A stretch of 64,000 bases of DNA from Candidatus Latescibacterota bacterium (GCA_965221775.1 CBDCSU010000006.1:320001-384000), one strand, 5' to 3'; numbered from the stretch's first letter, positions 19,366 through 29,913 are shown. Made by a program: numbers and translations. Notes: generated by a model from the letters alone, not told the origin.

Positions 19366-20235
19366 TCAGGTAGCGGCCCGGCCCTCCGTGCCGGCGGGAG
19401 CGAGCATGGCGATGAGGCTGCCCAGGGTGGCGGCGAGCTCGTTCCGGGGGACGACGCGGTCGACGAAACCGTGCTCGAGGACGGTCTCGGCGATCTGGAA
19501 TCCGGCGGGAAGCTCCTCGATGCCCATGAACTGCCGGATCACCGCCTGGCCGGCGAACCCGATGCGGGCCCCCGGCTCGGCGAGGGTGAGGTCGCCGAGC
19601 ATGGCGAAGCTGGCGGTCACGCCGCCGTAGGTCGGGTCGGTCAGGACGGCGACATACAGTCCGCCGGCGTTGGAGAACCGGCGCAGCCGGGCGCTGACCT
19701 TGGCCATCTGCATCAGCGAGAACGTGCTCTCCTGCATCCGGGCTCCGCCCGACTGGCAGACCAGCACCAGGGCCCGGCCGTCGGCCAGGGCCCTGTCGAT
19801 GAGCCGGCTGATCTTCTCGCCCGTGGCGCCGCCCAGGCTGCCCATGATGTAGCGCGTATCCATGACGCCGAGGGCCGCGGGGTGGCCGCCGATGGTGCAC
19901 AGGCCGGTGTGCACGGCCTCGTTGATGCCGCTGGAGCGGCGGGCCTCGCGGATCCGGTCGGAGTAGCGGCGGTGATCGCGGAACTTGAGGGGATCGGCGG
20001 TGGACAGCCCGGCGTCGATCTCGGTGAAGGAACCCGGGTCGCTCAGGATGCGGATGTACTTCTCGTGGCCGATGGGAAAGTGGCTGCCGCAGCGGGGGCA
20101 GATCCAGCTGTTGCGCTCGAGGGCGTGCTGATAGGCCGTCTCGCCGCAATCCTTGCACTTGCTCCAGATGGCCTCGGGGATCTCGCGCTTGATGCGCGTC
20201 AGGACTCCCGCCTTGAGTCTTTCGAACCAGTTCAC
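19366..20235 (-). CDS. accD: Acetyl-CoA carboxylase carboxyltransferase beta subunit
   Basis: WSKCKDC...CPRC zinc finger, SGGARMQE, PTYGGVTASFA. Confidence 0.97.
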   Translation of the reverse strand: MNWFERLKAGVLTRIKREIPEAIWSKCKDCGETAYQHALERNSWICPRCGSHFPIGHEKYIRILSDPGSFTEIDAGLSTADPLKFRDHRRYSDRIREARRSSGINEAVHTGLCTIGGHPAALGVMDTRYIMGSLGGATGEKISRLIDRALADGRALVLVCQSGGARMQESTFSLMQMAKVSARLRRFSNAGGLYVAVLTDPTYGGVTASFAMLGDLTLAEPGARIGFAGQAVIRQFMGIEELPAGFQIAETVLEHGFVDRVVPRNELAATLGSLIAMLAPAGTEGRAAT

Positions 20236-20242
20236 GGGGACC

Positions 20243-20590
20243 TCACACCAGCCCGCGGCGCCGAAGCCCGGCAAAGGCCACTCCGGCAGTCACCAGGACC
20301 CCCGAAGCGACCAGGGCCAGCGTCCAGGGGAAGGATCCGCGGGCCTCGGGCGCGGAAACCCTCAGCCGGCGGAGGCGGTCCAGGACCCGGTCGGCCGCGG
20401 CCTGCGCGTCGGGCAGCGGTCGCGGCGGCTCGAGGACGCGGCCTACGAGATCCTCGACGGTACGCATCCTGGCCGCCTCCAGGCGCGCCCTCAGGCCGAG
20501 AACCCTGCGCCCGTCGCTGCCAGGCCCGGATCCACCGCCGGCCGAGGGGGGGTCGACATCACCGCCCCGGCGCCACCATCTCGACAACAT
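20243..20590 (-). CDS. Membrane-anchored hypothetical protein, possible anti-sigma factor
   Basis: Directly downstream of an ECF sigma; single C-terminal TM helix. Confidence 0.55.
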   Translation of the reverse strand: MLSRWWRRGGDVDPPSAGGGSGPGSDGRRVLGLRARLEAARMRTVEDLVGRVLEPPRPLPDAQAAADRVLDRLRRLRVSAPEARGSFPWTLALVASGVLVTAGVAFAGLRRRGLV

Positions 20591-20613
20591 CCGGTCGTTC
20601 CTCCGCAGCGCCC

Positions 20614-21213
20614 TCAGACCACGCCGCGTCTTTGCAGGCCCTCCGCCAGGCGGCGGCGGGCGGTGTGGATCCGCGAGCTGACGGTGCCCAACGGGATGTC
20701 CAGCACGCGGGCGATCTCCTCGTAGCCGAGTTGCTCGAAGCCGTGGAGGACGAGCACCTCCCTCAGGACGGCCGGCAACTCGTCGATCTCCTCCCGAACG
20801 AGGCGCTGAGTCTCGCGCGTCAGGAGCCGGGCCTCGGGTCCTTCGCCAGGCGGCACCGAGAGTCTCTCACCCGACTCCTCGTCCGCCCGGTGCAGGCCGA
20901 GCCGCCGCCAGGGGCTGCGAGCCCGGTCCCGGCGGCGGTTGAGACTCAGGCGCCAGACGATGCGCAGGATCCAGGTCTTCAGCGAGGAATCGCCGCGGAA
21001 CCCGCCCAGGGCCCCGTGGATCTTGACGAAGGCGTCCTGAACGACCTCCTCCGCGTCCTCGCGGTCGCCGAGGGCCCGATAGGCCAGTCCATAGGCCAGC
21101 GGGTGGTACTCGGTGATCAGCCGCCGGAAGGCCTCGTCGCTGCCCTCGACGGCGCGCCGCACGAGATCCTCGTCGGGGAGATGGACCTCGATTCGTGTGG
21201 TGGTGGCCATCAT
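20614..21213 (-). CDS. ECF sigma factor (RpoE/SigW-like)
   Basis: DAEEVVQDAF, FRGDSSLKTW, YEEIARVLDIPLGTVSSRI. Confidence 0.93.
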   Translation of the reverse strand: MMATTTRIEVHLPDEDLVRRAVEGSDEAFRRLITEYHPLAYGLAYRALGDREDAEEVVQDAFVKIHGALGGFRGDSSLKTWILRIVWRLSLNRRRDRARSPWRRLGLHRADEESGERLSVPPGEGPEARLLTRETQRLVREEIDELPAVLREVLVLHGFEQLGYEEIARVLDIPLGTVSSRIHTARRRLAEGLQRRGVV

Positions 21214-21426
21214 CCTCCGTGCAGACACCGAAACGTGGCCGCGTCTTCACAATTCGCCCGAAATTGCGCCGCCCCTCGCGGGATTGTCAAACCGAATGCG
21301 CCGGCCCTTTGTGGCTAAAGTGCAACCCTGTCGTAACTTGCGGATTGTTGATGGCCTCGCGGGGAAGGCTATATTTGGGCGCGCTGTATGGTGGTCTCCA
21401 TCCCTCCAGCCCGATCAGGGAGGATC

Positions 21427-22584
21427 GTGAAGAAACCTCTGCAGATCTGCCTGTTGCTCGGCGTGATGGCGGCGCCGGATCTTGCGGCCTCCGCGGAGGT
21501 GAGCCTGGCCGACTCGGTGATCAAGTACAGGTGGCTCGGCAAGAACGCCCGCGTCGAGAAGGAACACGACGATGTCGTCAAGTACTACACCGAGCTGATC
21601 AAGTACGATCCCGGCTACCACCGGGCCCACTATTCCATGGGCCGGGCCTTCCTTGAGCTCGGCCGGCCGGCCGACGCCAAGCGGGCCCTGTTGTCGGCGG
21701 CCGCCATCGACTCGGCCCACGTCAACACCAACCTGACCCTGTACACGCTCTACCTGAACGACGCCGCGCCGGACTCGGCCTGGCGGTTCCTCGGCCCGGT
21801 TCTCCGCGCCAGGCCCGACGAGCCCAGGTACGCCGAGCACCGGCGCAAGCTCGCCGACCTCTACCGCCGCAACGGCCAGCCGGTGGAGGCCATCGAGCAC
21901 TACGGCGTCCTCGCCGAGTCGGCGGTCCTGCCCGAGGATTCGCGCAGGGAGCTGTACGAGCTGTTGGCGGTGATGACCGAGGACCAGGGCGACGCCCATG
22001 CGGCGCTGGCCTGGCGCCAGCGGCTGACCGGCGGCGGCGGCACGGGCCAGGTGGAGTCCCTGACCCGGATCGTGGACCTGCAGATCGCCACCGAGGACTA
22101 CGCGGGCGCCCACGAATCCCTGAGGCAGCTGGTGGGCATCGACTCGGCCGGCCGCTACGCCCACTACGTCCGCATGTCGGAGCTGGGCGACACCGCCGGC
22201 GACCCGGCGGTCAGGCTCGAGGGCCTGGAGGGCATGGCGATCGAGCAGCCCAAGGATCTGCAGACCGTCGCCACCATCGCCGAGATCCACCTGAATGCGG
22301 ACGACCTGAAGGCGGCGGCGCGCTGGATCGAGGGCGGCCTGCGGCGCTCCCCCGACAACGCCCACCTGCGCTTGCTCCGGGGCGACCTGCTGAGGCGCCA
22401 GGACGCGGAGGAGGAGGCCATCGCCGAGTACGAGCTCGCCCTGCGCGACCCGAACTGGGCGGCCGTCGCCCAGCAGCGGATCTGGCAACTCCGCCCGCCG
22501 GAGACGGAGGAGGAGAAGCTCCGCCGCCAGTTCTTCGGAGGCGGCGACGCCGAAGAAGAGGGCTCCACCGACAACGACAGCTGA
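21427..22584 (+). CDS. Periplasmic TPR-repeat protein
   Basis: Signal peptide and repeated TPR-like helices; heads the exbB-exbD-tonB operon. Confidence 0.8.
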   Translation: MKKPLQICLLLGVMAAPDLAASAEVSLADSVIKYRWLGKNARVEKEHDDVVKYYTELIKYDPGYHRAHYSMGRAFLELGRPADAKRALLSAAAIDSAHVNTNLTLYTLYLNDAAPDSAWRFLGPVLRARPDEPRYAEHRRKLADLYRRNGQPVEAIEHYGVLAESAVLPEDSRRELYELLAVMTEDQGDAHAALAWRQRLTGGGGTGQVESLTRIVDLQIATEDYAGAHESLRQLVGIDSAGRYAHYVRMSELGDTAGDPAVRLEGLEGMAIEQPKDLQTVATIAEIHLNADDLKAAARWIEGGLRRSPDNAHLRLLRGDLLRRQDAEEEAIAEYELALRDPNWAAVAQQRIWQLRPPETEEEKLRRQFFGGGDAEEEGSTDNDS

Positions 22585-22613
22585 CGTACCCCCAACCCAA
22601 GAGAGGTTCCACC

Positions 22614-23234
22614 ATGCTTCAACTATTCATCGACGGCGGCTGGGCCATGTGGCCCCTGGCCTTTCTCCTGGCCCTGGGACTGGCCATCGCCCTCGAGCGG
22701 CTCGTCACGCTTTCCCGCGCCGCCATCGACGCCAAGGGCTTCTTCGGGCAACTCGAAGAGGCGATGCGTTCCGGCGGAGCCGAGAGCGCCGCGCAGCTGT
22801 GCGCCGAGACCCGCGGTCCCGTGGCCAGCGTCATCCACGCCGGCCTGCTGCGGCTCGATCGCGGCATCGACAACGTGGAGAAGGCGATCGAGAACGCCGG
22901 CGCCGTGGAGATGGCCTTTCTCGAGCGCGGCATGATCTGGCTGTCCACGGTGGCCAACCTGGCGCCCATGGTCGGCTTCCTCGGGACGGTGAGCGGCATG
23001 ATCGGCGCCTTCCAGGCGATCAAGGTCGCCGGCGACGTGGAGCCCTCCCTGGTGGCCGGTGGCATCTCGGAGGCCCTCATCACCACCGCCTCCGGCCTGA
23101 TCGTCGGCATCCTGATCCAGTTCTGCTACAACTTCTTCGCTTCCCGCATCGACAGGATCATCGCCGACATGCAGGAGCACACGGCAGGCCTGATCGACGT
23201 GCTCATCGAGATCGAGCTGAAGGACAACGCGTGA
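22614..23234 (+). CDS. exbB: MotA/TolQ/ExbB proton channel
   Basis: APMVGFLGTVSGMI and GISEALITTASGL. Confidence 0.92.
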   Translation: MLQLFIDGGWAMWPLAFLLALGLAIALERLVTLSRAAIDAKGFFGQLEEAMRSGGAESAAQLCAETRGPVASVIHAGLLRLDRGIDNVEKAIENAGAVEMAFLERGMIWLSTVANLAPMVGFLGTVSGMIGAFQAIKVAGDVEPSLVAGGISEALITTASGLIVGILIQFCYNFFASRIDRIIADMQEHTAGLIDVLIEIELKDNA

Positions 23235-23650
23235 ACCTGCGCAAGCGCGGGAACCGGGTGCTGCCCGAGATCCCCACCTCCTCCATGGCGGACATCGCCT
23301 TCCTGCTCATCGTGTTCTTCCTGGTGACGACGACGATGAACCAGGACAAGGGGCTGTCGCTGCACCTGCCTCCCATCGCCGAGACCCTGGAGGTCAGGGA
23401 AAAGAACATCTGCAACGTGTGGATCAACGATGAGGACCGCATCGCCTTCTTCGAGAACTCCGAGCTCACGGAGATCGCCTTCTCCGACCTGCGCGCCGAC
23501 ATCCAGCAGCGGTTGGCGGACAACGAGAAGCTGATCATCTCCCTGAAGGCGCAGCGCCAGGCCAGCTACCGCATGTTCGTCGATGTCCTCGACGAGCTGA
23601 AGCTCGCCGGCGCCACGCGGATCTCGATCGCCGAGCCAGAGGGAGGCTGA
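23231..23650 (+). CDS. exbD: ExbD/TolR protein
   Basis: PTSSMADIAFLLIVFFLVTT; GTG start overlaps the exbB stop. Confidence 0.92.
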   Translation: MNLRKRGNRVLPEIPTSSMADIAFLLIVFFLVTTTMNQDKGLSLHLPPIAETLEVREKNICNVWINDEDRIAFFENSELTEIAFSDLRADIQQRLADNEKLIISLKAQRQASYRMFVDVLDELKLAGATRISIAEPEGG

Positions 23651-23656
23651 GCCCCC

Positions 23657-24082
23657 ATGAGATTCACCCGCAAGTCCCGGGTGGGAGCCGCGGTCCCCAC
23701 GGCGTCGATGGCGGACATCGCCTTCCTGCTCCTCGTGTTCTTCATGGTCTCTACCGTTTTCATCCGTTTTCGCGGCATCCCTGTCACCCTGCCCGAAGCC
23801 GAGCGGGTAGAGAAGCTGGAGATGCGCCGCCACGTGACCAGCATCTGGGTCGGCGCCAACGGCGCCGTCAACATCGACGACCAAGCGGTCGCACTGCAGG
23901 ACGTAGGTCCCCTGATCCACGCCAAGCTGGTCGCCAATCCCCGGCTGATCATCTCCATCAAGGGGGACGGGCAGGCGGAATTCGGCACCATCTCCGACGT
24001 GCTGCAGGAACTGCGCCAGGTCGAGGCCTTGCGCGTGAACTTCGCCACCGACCGCGAGCGGGAGGTCGCCGCAGGAGGCTGA
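23657..24082 (+). CDS. exbD: ExbD/TolR protein (second copy)
   Basis: PTASMADIAFLLLVFFMVST. Confidence 0.92.
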   Translation: MRFTRKSRVGAAVPTASMADIAFLLLVFFMVSTVFIRFRGIPVTLPEAERVEKLEMRRHVTSIWVGANGAVNIDDQAVALQDVGPLIHAKLVANPRLIISIKGDGQAEFGTISDVLQELRQVEALRVNFATDREREVAAGG

Positions 24083-24083
24083 G

Positions 24084-24773
24084 ATGAAGATGCTGAGACG
24101 GACCGCCGACATGGTGCGCACGAAGACCCCCGAGGCCGACCTGCGCCTGGAGTACCGCAGGACCTTCTGGGCCTGCTTCGGCGCCTCCTCCGTCGCCTTG
24201 GTGCTGGTGATCCTGTTCTGGCCGAGCTTCGAGGCCTCGGCCTACGCCAAGCCCCAGGAGCCGGTGATCATCCAGCTGGAGGAGATCCCCGAGACCCGCC
24301 AGGAGCGCCGGCCGCCGCCGCCGCCGCGGCCGGTGGTGCCCATCGCCTCCACCAGCGAGGAGATCCCCGAGGACGCCACGATCATGGAGACCGATCTCGA
24401 CTTTGGTCTGGATGACCTGGCCCCGCCGCCGCCCCTCGAGGAGCTGCAGAAGACCACCGAGGTCGCCCTGGAGGAGGAGGAGGAGGAGATCGTCGAGTAC
24501 TGGCGGGTGGAGAAACCGCCCAAGAAGAAGAACGACCCGCGGCCGGTGTTCCCCGAGATCGCCCGCCGGGCGGGGATCACGGGCAACATCACCATCCAGG
24601 TGCTGGTCGATCGCGAGGGCAAGGTGGAGAAGGTTGGAGAGATCCACGGCAACGAGGTCTTCCATGAGGCCGCGCGCAAGGCCGCCCTGGCCACCACCTT
24701 CACCCCGGCCATCCAGAACGACAAGCCCGTGAAGGTCTGGGTCGCCCTCACCTACAAGTTCCAGTTGCAGTAG
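24084..24773 (+). CDS. tonB: TonB energy transducer
   Basis: TM, Pro-rich linker and FPEIARRAGITG...FTPAIQ C-terminal domain. Confidence 0.9.
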   Translation: MKMLRRTADMVRTKTPEADLRLEYRRTFWACFGASSVALVLVILFWPSFEASAYAKPQEPVIIQLEEIPETRQERRPPPPPRPVVPIASTSEEIPEDATIMETDLDFGLDDLAPPPPLEELQKTTEVALEEEEEEIVEYWRVEKPPKKKNDPRPVFPEIARRAGITGNITIQVLVDREGKVEKVGEIHGNEVFHEAARKAALATTFTPAIQNDKPVKVWVALTYKFQLQ

Positions 24774-24937
24774 GCGCCGGTTGCCAGGACTGCAGGCGTC
24801 CATCTTAGATTAGGGAAGACTCGCCAGGGGCCGCGGACCGGCTGCGGCCAGCAATTCCACAACTCCCCCATCCTCCCCCACCCTCTCCCCGAGGCCATGA
24901 ACCCCGCCCTCCGGGGTTCGCCGGGAGGTCGGGCTCC

Positions 24938-25387
24938 ATGCGCTGTCCCTTCTGCAGCACCGAGGACGACCGCGTCGTCGACTCGCGCTCCTGCCGCGAC
25001 GGCCAGGCGATCCGCCGTCGCCGCGAGTGCACGAGTTGCAGCCAGCGATTCACCACGTACGAGTACATCGAGCATGCGCCGCTCACCGTCATCAAGCGGG
25101 ACGGAACCCGGGAGCCCTTCGACCGCTCCAAGCTGCAGGCCAAGATCGAGCTGGCCTGCTACAAGACGAGCGTGTCGAGCGATCGCATCGAAGAGCTGAT
25201 GGACCAGGTGGAGTCCGATCTCGGCAACCGCGCGGAGAGGGAGGTTCCGAGCCAGCAGATCGGGGAGCTGGTGATGGAACGACTGAAGGACCTCCACGAC
25301 GTTGCGTACGTGCGGTTCGCCTCTGTGTACCGCCAGTTCAAGGACCGGCAGGACTTCGTCAGGGAGCTCGAGCAGCTCTCTGCCTGA
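24938..25387 (+). CDS. nrdR: Transcriptional repressor NrdR
   Basis: MRCPFC, IRRRREC, RFTTYE, AYVRFASVY. Confidence 0.98.
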   Translation: MRCPFCSTEDDRVVDSRSCRDGQAIRRRRECTSCSQRFTTYEYIEHAPLTVIKRDGTREPFDRSKLQAKIELACYKTSVSSDRIEELMDQVESDLGNRAEREVPSQQIGELVMERLKDLHDVAYVRFASVYRQFKDRQDFVRELEQLSA

Positions 25388-25437
25388 GCCCTCCCGGCGG
25401 CCGGCCTTCCCGGGCCCCTCCGAAGCCGCGAAAACCC

Positions 25438-25501
25438 TTGACAAGGCGGAATCGAGGCCTGTATATTGGCACGTCCAAGCTTCGAGCCACAAGATCTTGT
25501 G
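25438..25501 (+). promoter_or_regulatory. nrdJ promoter with tandem NrdR boxes
   Basis: TTGACA-18bp-TATATT. Boxes GCCTGTATATTGGC (25457-25470) and palindromic CACAAGATCTTGTG (25488-25501), centres 31 bp apart. Confidence 0.85.
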
Positions 25502-25663
25502 TACAGAGTGACCGAGCCGACCTTTCAGATCATGTTGCAGACAACCTTTCGCCCTCCCCGAAGCAACGTCCTGTAACCACGATAGTTGGCCCCCAGTTCT
25601 GCCGCCCCTCCCGCACCGGCGCGGCAGCAGGGGCTCCTTGTCGTTCCCAGGGAGACTTCGAGC

Positions 25664-28063
25664 ATGTCCACCGAGCACTCCGCAGCCGATCCCGGCGCCT
25701 CCGACGCACCAACGGGTGTCCACCGTCTGGAAGACCTCCTTGCCCAGGTCGAAGGGCGCGGATACCAGCGCAACGGCCACGACGAGGTCCTGCAGCGCGC
25801 CGCCGACGCCCAGACCTATTACGGCGACAACGACCTGGCCATCGACGTGCTGCGCTCCAAGTACCTGGCGCCGGGGGAGACCGGGCCGCTGCAGATATGG
25901 GATCGCGTCGCCCGGGCCATGGCCTCTGTCGAGGCCGATCCCCAAGCCTGGTACGACCGCTTCTTCTCCCTGCTGATCGACTTCAAGTTCATCCCCGGGG
26001 GGCGGGTGATGCACGGCGCCGGCCGCGACGAGGCCAAGCGCAAGCCGACCCTGTCGAACTGCTACGTCATCCCCATACAGGAGGACAGCCTCGAGGGCAT
26101 CTACACCTGCCTCAAGGAGTCGGCCCTCGTCTACCGCACCGGAGGCGGCGTCGGCACGGACCTGTCGATCCTGCGGCCCAAGGGCGCGCCGGTGAACGCC
26201 ACCGTCGACCAGTCGCCGGGGTGCACGGCCTTCATGAACCTCCTGTCGGAGAGCACCAACGCCGTCTCCCAGGCCGGACGCCGGGGGGCGCTCATGCTCA
26301 CCCTGCGCGTTGACCATCCCGACATCCTCGACTTCATCACCATCAAGAACGACGCCAACCGCACCAAGGTGCAGTACGCCAACATCAGCGTGCTCATCAC
26401 CCACGAGTTCATGCAGGCCGTCATCGACGACACCGACTTCGACCTGCGCTGGAGCGGCAAGGTCTACCAGACGCTGAGGGCCCGCGACCTGTGGAACAAG
26501 ATCATCACCAACGCCCACGCCAGCGCCGAGCCCGGGATCATCTTCTGGGACACGATGCGGGAGTATCACAACGTCGAATACGCCAACCCGCTGGTGAGCA
26601 CCAACCCTTGCGGCGAACAGCCCCTGGCCTCGTACACGGCCTGCAACCTCGGCAACCTCAACCTGGCGAAGTTCGTCGGCGAGGACGGACAGATCGACTA
26701 CGAGGATCTGGCCGAGTCGGCCCGGGTGGCGACGCGGTTCCTCGACAACGTCATCGACTACAACATGCCCAACCACGCCCTCCCGAAGATCGAGGAAGCG
26801 GTGGCCTCCGACCGGCGCGTGGGGCTGGGCATCACGGGTCTGGCCGATGCCCTGGTGCTCATGGGCCTCAAGTACGACTCCGACGAGGCCCTCGGGGCGG
26901 TGGACAAGATCATGCGCACCATCTGCCACTGCGCGTACGAGACATCGATCGACATCGCCCGCGAGAAGGGCCCCTTCCCGCTCTTCGATTGGGAAGGGGT
27001 GTCCCGGAGCCGGTTCGTGCGGGACCTGCCGAGGGCGATGCAGGACCGCATCCGCGAGCACGGGCTGCGCAACTCCACCCTGATCACGGTGCCGCCGGTG
27101 GGGACCGGATCGATCGTCGCCCAGACCTCGTCCGGCGTGGAGCCGATCTTCTGCACCAGCTACAAGCGGCGCGTGAAGCAGGAGGACGGCGAGAGCTTCC
27201 GCGAATACAAGGTCTACCATCCCCTCGTGCGCGACCTCTTCGGCGACGACGAGAACCTGCCCGGCCATGTCGTGACCGCCCACGACATCGACCCCTACTT
27301 CCGTGTCCGCATGCAGGGCGCGATCCAGCGCTACACCGACAGCTCGATCTCGTCGACGATCAACCTGGCCGAGGAGACCTCGGTGGAGACGGTGGCCGAC
27401 ATCTACGTCACCGCCTACAAGGAGGGCCTGAAGGGCGTCACGGTGTACCGCGAGGGCTGCCGGCAGGGGATCCTGCAGACGGAGAAGCAGGAGGAGGAGC
27501 CTTCCGAGGCGGCGGAAGACGCCGCCGAGGGTGGAGCGGGCGCGCATCCGCGCCGGAGGCCGCCGGTCACCCGCGGCGTCACCGAGCGGGTGAGCACCGG
27601 CGAGGGCAACATCTTCGTCACGATCAACGAGGACGAGCACGGGATCTGCGAGATCTTCAGCACCATAGGGAAAGCGGGGGGCAATGCGGCGGCCCAGTCG
27701 GAGGCGATCAGCCGGTTGATCTCCATCGCCCTGCGCTCGGGCATCGATCCGCAGGAGATCATCGGTCAGCTCAAGGGGATCTCCGGACCGAACCCGGTGT
27801 GGGAGAACGGCGAGCTGATCCTGTCCACGCCGGACGCCATCGGCAGGGCCCTGGAGCGGTACCTGCACCGCCGGGACGGCGGCGACATCCCGCACCCCGT
27901 GCAAGGGGGCTCCCAGGCCGTCGAGAGGGGTCCGCGGGCCCCGGCGGGCGGGGGCGGTCCGGCGAGTCCGGCGAGCGTGGCCACCTGCCCCGAGTGCGGC
28001 TCCACCGTCTCCCACGAGGCCAGTTGCCTGACCTGCAAGCACTGCGGGTGGTCGAAGTGCTGA
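25664..28063 (+). CDS. nrdJ: Adenosylcobalamin-dependent (class II) ribonucleotide reductase
   Basis: LSNCYV, TNPCGEQPL, ACNLG, PVGTGS, KGVTVYR; C-terminal TSCPD region and CPEC-CKHC ribbon; no small subunit gene nearby. Confidence 0.95.
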   Translation: MSTEHSAADPGASDAPTGVHRLEDLLAQVEGRGYQRNGHDEVLQRAADAQTYYGDNDLAIDVLRSKYLAPGETGPLQIWDRVARAMASVEADPQAWYDRFFSLLIDFKFIPGGRVMHGAGRDEAKRKPTLSNCYVIPIQEDSLEGIYTCLKESALVYRTGGGVGTDLSILRPKGAPVNATVDQSPGCTAFMNLLSESTNAVSQAGRRGALMLTLRVDHPDILDFITIKNDANRTKVQYANISVLITHEFMQAVIDDTDFDLRWSGKVYQTLRARDLWNKIITNAHASAEPGIIFWDTMREYHNVEYANPLVSTNPCGEQPLASYTACNLGNLNLAKFVGEDGQIDYEDLAESARVATRFLDNVIDYNMPNHALPKIEEAVASDRRVGLGITGLADALVLMGLKYDSDEALGAVDKIMRTICHCAYETSIDIAREKGPFPLFDWEGVSRSRFVRDLPRAMQDRIREHGLRNSTLITVPPVGTGSIVAQTSSGVEPIFCTSYKRRVKQEDGESFREYKVYHPLVRDLFGDDENLPGHVVTAHDIDPYFRVRMQGAIQRYTDSSISSTINLAEETSVETVADIYVTAYKEGLKGVTVYREGCRQGILQTEKQEEEPSEAAEDAAEGGAGAHPRRRPPVTRGVTERVSTGEGNIFVTINEDEHGICEIFSTIGKAGGNAAAQSEAISRLISIALRSGIDPQEIIGQLKGISGPNPVWENGELILSTPDAIGRALERYLHRRDGGDIPHPVQGGSQAVERGPRAPAGGGGPASPASVATCPECGSTVSHEASCLTCKHCGWSKC

Positions 28064-28171
28064 ACCGCAATCCCTTGTGAGCGCGAGCCGAATGGACTCG
28101 ATCGCCGGCGCGGCACCGTCACCCGGAGTGGCGGTGCCGTTGTCGTTCTGATGCCTCGGGTGGGTGCGGTG

Positions 28172-28930
28172 CTACGAGACCTCGAGGGTGAGGCCGTCGT
28201 ACGCCAGCTCCACCGCCGCCGGGAGGTAGTCGTTGGTCGCCTGGTGGTCGAGATCGTGGGCGATGTGGGTGAAGTAGGCCTGGCGCGGGGCCAGCTCGGC
28301 CACGACCTCGAGGGCTTCGTCCACGGTGAAGTGGGTGGGATGGCCCTTGTGACGCAACGCGCCGAGGACGAGGACGTCGAGACCGCGCAACTGGCTCATC
28401 GCTTCGTCGGGGATGGCGTTGCAGTCGGTCACGTAGGCGAACCGGCCGATGCGGAAGGCGAGCACGGGCAGCCGTCCGTGCATGACGGTCACCGGTTGGA
28501 TGCGCAGGCCGAAGAGCTCGAGTGCTCCCTCGATCGGATGGAGGGACATGCGCGGCACCGCCTGGGCCCAAGCCGAATCGAAGGCGTAGTCGAAGACGCG
28601 GGTTATGCGGTCGAGGGTGGGTCGGTCGCCGTAGACGGGGATCGGCTCGTCGCGCCCGAAGCAGTAGGAGCGCACGTCGTCGAGGCCGTGGAGGTGATCG
28701 GCATGCCCGTGGGTGAAGAGCACCGCGTCGACGCGCCGCAGGTCGTGGCGCAGCGCCTGGGTGCGCAGGTCGGGCGGCGTGTCGACCAGGATCGACCGGT
28801 GCAGGTGCTCGATGGCGATGGCGCACCGCAGGCGCTTGTTGCGCGGGTCGGTGGAGGTGCAGACCCCGCAGTCGCAGGCGATGCGAGGCACGCCGACGGA
28901 GGTGCCCGTGCCGAGGAAGGTGACGCGCAT
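28172..28930 (-). CDS. MBL-fold phosphodiesterase (PhnP-like)
   Basis: FLGTGTSVGVP...CDCGVC, THGHADHLHGLDD, FTHIAH. Confidence 0.9.
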   Translation of the reverse strand: MRVTFLGTGTSVGVPRIACDCGVCTSTDPRNKRLRCAIAIEHLHRSILVDTPPDLRTQALRHDLRRVDAVLFTHGHADHLHGLDDVRSYCFGRDEPIPVYGDRPTLDRITRVFDYAFDSAWAQAVPRMSLHPIEGALELFGLRIQPVTVMHGRLPVLAFRIGRFAYVTDCNAIPDEAMSQLRGLDVLVLGALRHKGHPTHFTVDEALEVVAELAPRQAYFTHIAHDLDHQATNDYLPAAVELAYDGLTLEVS

Positions 28931-29772
28931 CAGGCTCTGTCCGCGGCGCCCTCGGGCGGGGCCTCCGCCCTTCCCGGGGTTTGCCTGCAGACCGGACGGG
29001 AGTCGGCGGTGGCCGTGGCCGCCATGTCCGGGGACAGGGTCAGCAGACTCGGTCCGTCCTCGGTGACAGCCACGGTGTGCTCGAAGTGGGCGGCGAAGGA
29101 ACCGTCCTTCGTGCGCGCGGTCCAGCCATCCTCGTCGACCACGATCCCGGATTGCCCGAGGCTGAAGATCGGCTCGATGGCGAGGACATGGCCCGCCCTC
29201 AGAGCGGGGCCGCGTCCCGGGGGCCCATGATTCGGCAGGTGGGGATCCTCGTGGAGGTGACGGCCGATGCCGTGGCCGCCGAACTCGCGAATGACGGAGA
29301 CGCCTCCCGCCGCGGCGGCGGACTCGATGGCGTGAGAGATGTCCGACAGGCGATTCCCGGGCCGGGCGGCGGCCACCCCCGACTCGAGGGCGGCCCGAGT
29401 CGTGTCCACCAGGCCTCGCACCGGCCGGTCCACCTGGCCGAGGGCGATGGTGAAGGCGCCGTCGCCGAACCACCCGTCGAGCTGCACGCCCACGTCGACG
29501 CAAAGCAGGTCGCCCGCTTGCAGAGGTTCGGGGCGCGGCAGGCCGTGCACCGCCTCGTCGTTGACGGAGGCGCAGATCGACGCGGGAAAGCCGTGATAGC
29601 CTTTGAAGGCCGGCTCCCCGCCCCGGTCGCGGATCGTGGCCTCCGCCAGCTCGTCGAGAAGGAGTGTGGACACACCGGGCGCAGCCGCGGCCTCGACAGC
29701 GGCCTGCACCTGGTGAACGACGGCGCAGGCCGCGCGGATCCCGTCGATTTCGCTGGGGCTGCGGCGATGCAA
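28930..29772 (-). CDS. map: Methionine aminopeptidase type I
   Basis: GFPASICASVN..VHGLP, GHGIG..LHEDP, AIEP, AHFEHT. Confidence 0.96.
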   Translation of the reverse strand: MHRRSPSEIDGIRAACAVVHQVQAAVEAAAAPGVSTLLLDELAEATIRDRGGEPAFKGYHGFPASICASVNDEAVHGLPRPEPLQAGDLLCVDVGVQLDGWFGDGAFTIALGQVDRPVRGLVDTTRAALESGVAAARPGNRLSDISHAIESAAAAGGVSVIREFGGHGIGRHLHEDPHLPNHGPPGRGPALRAGHVLAIEPIFSLGQSGIVVDEDGWTARTKDGSFAAHFEHTVAVTEDGPSLLTLSPDMAATATADSRPVCRQTPGRAEAPPEGAADRA

Positions 29773-29913
29773 GCGCCTTGGTCCTGGTGGATGGAAGGGG
29801 TGACTTTCGAGGCGTTACCAAACACGGGGAGAGACCCCATCTCGTCAAGGAGGGTGCCCGCAATCGCGACAGCCGCGGGCGAGACCCGTCCCGGGAGAGG
29901 GCTCGGGCCCTCG

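Noticed and set aside
25502-25663. Cobalamin riboswitch upstream of nrdJ
   Set aside because: I could not find the conserved GGGAA/B12-box elements; NrdR boxes explain the regulation.
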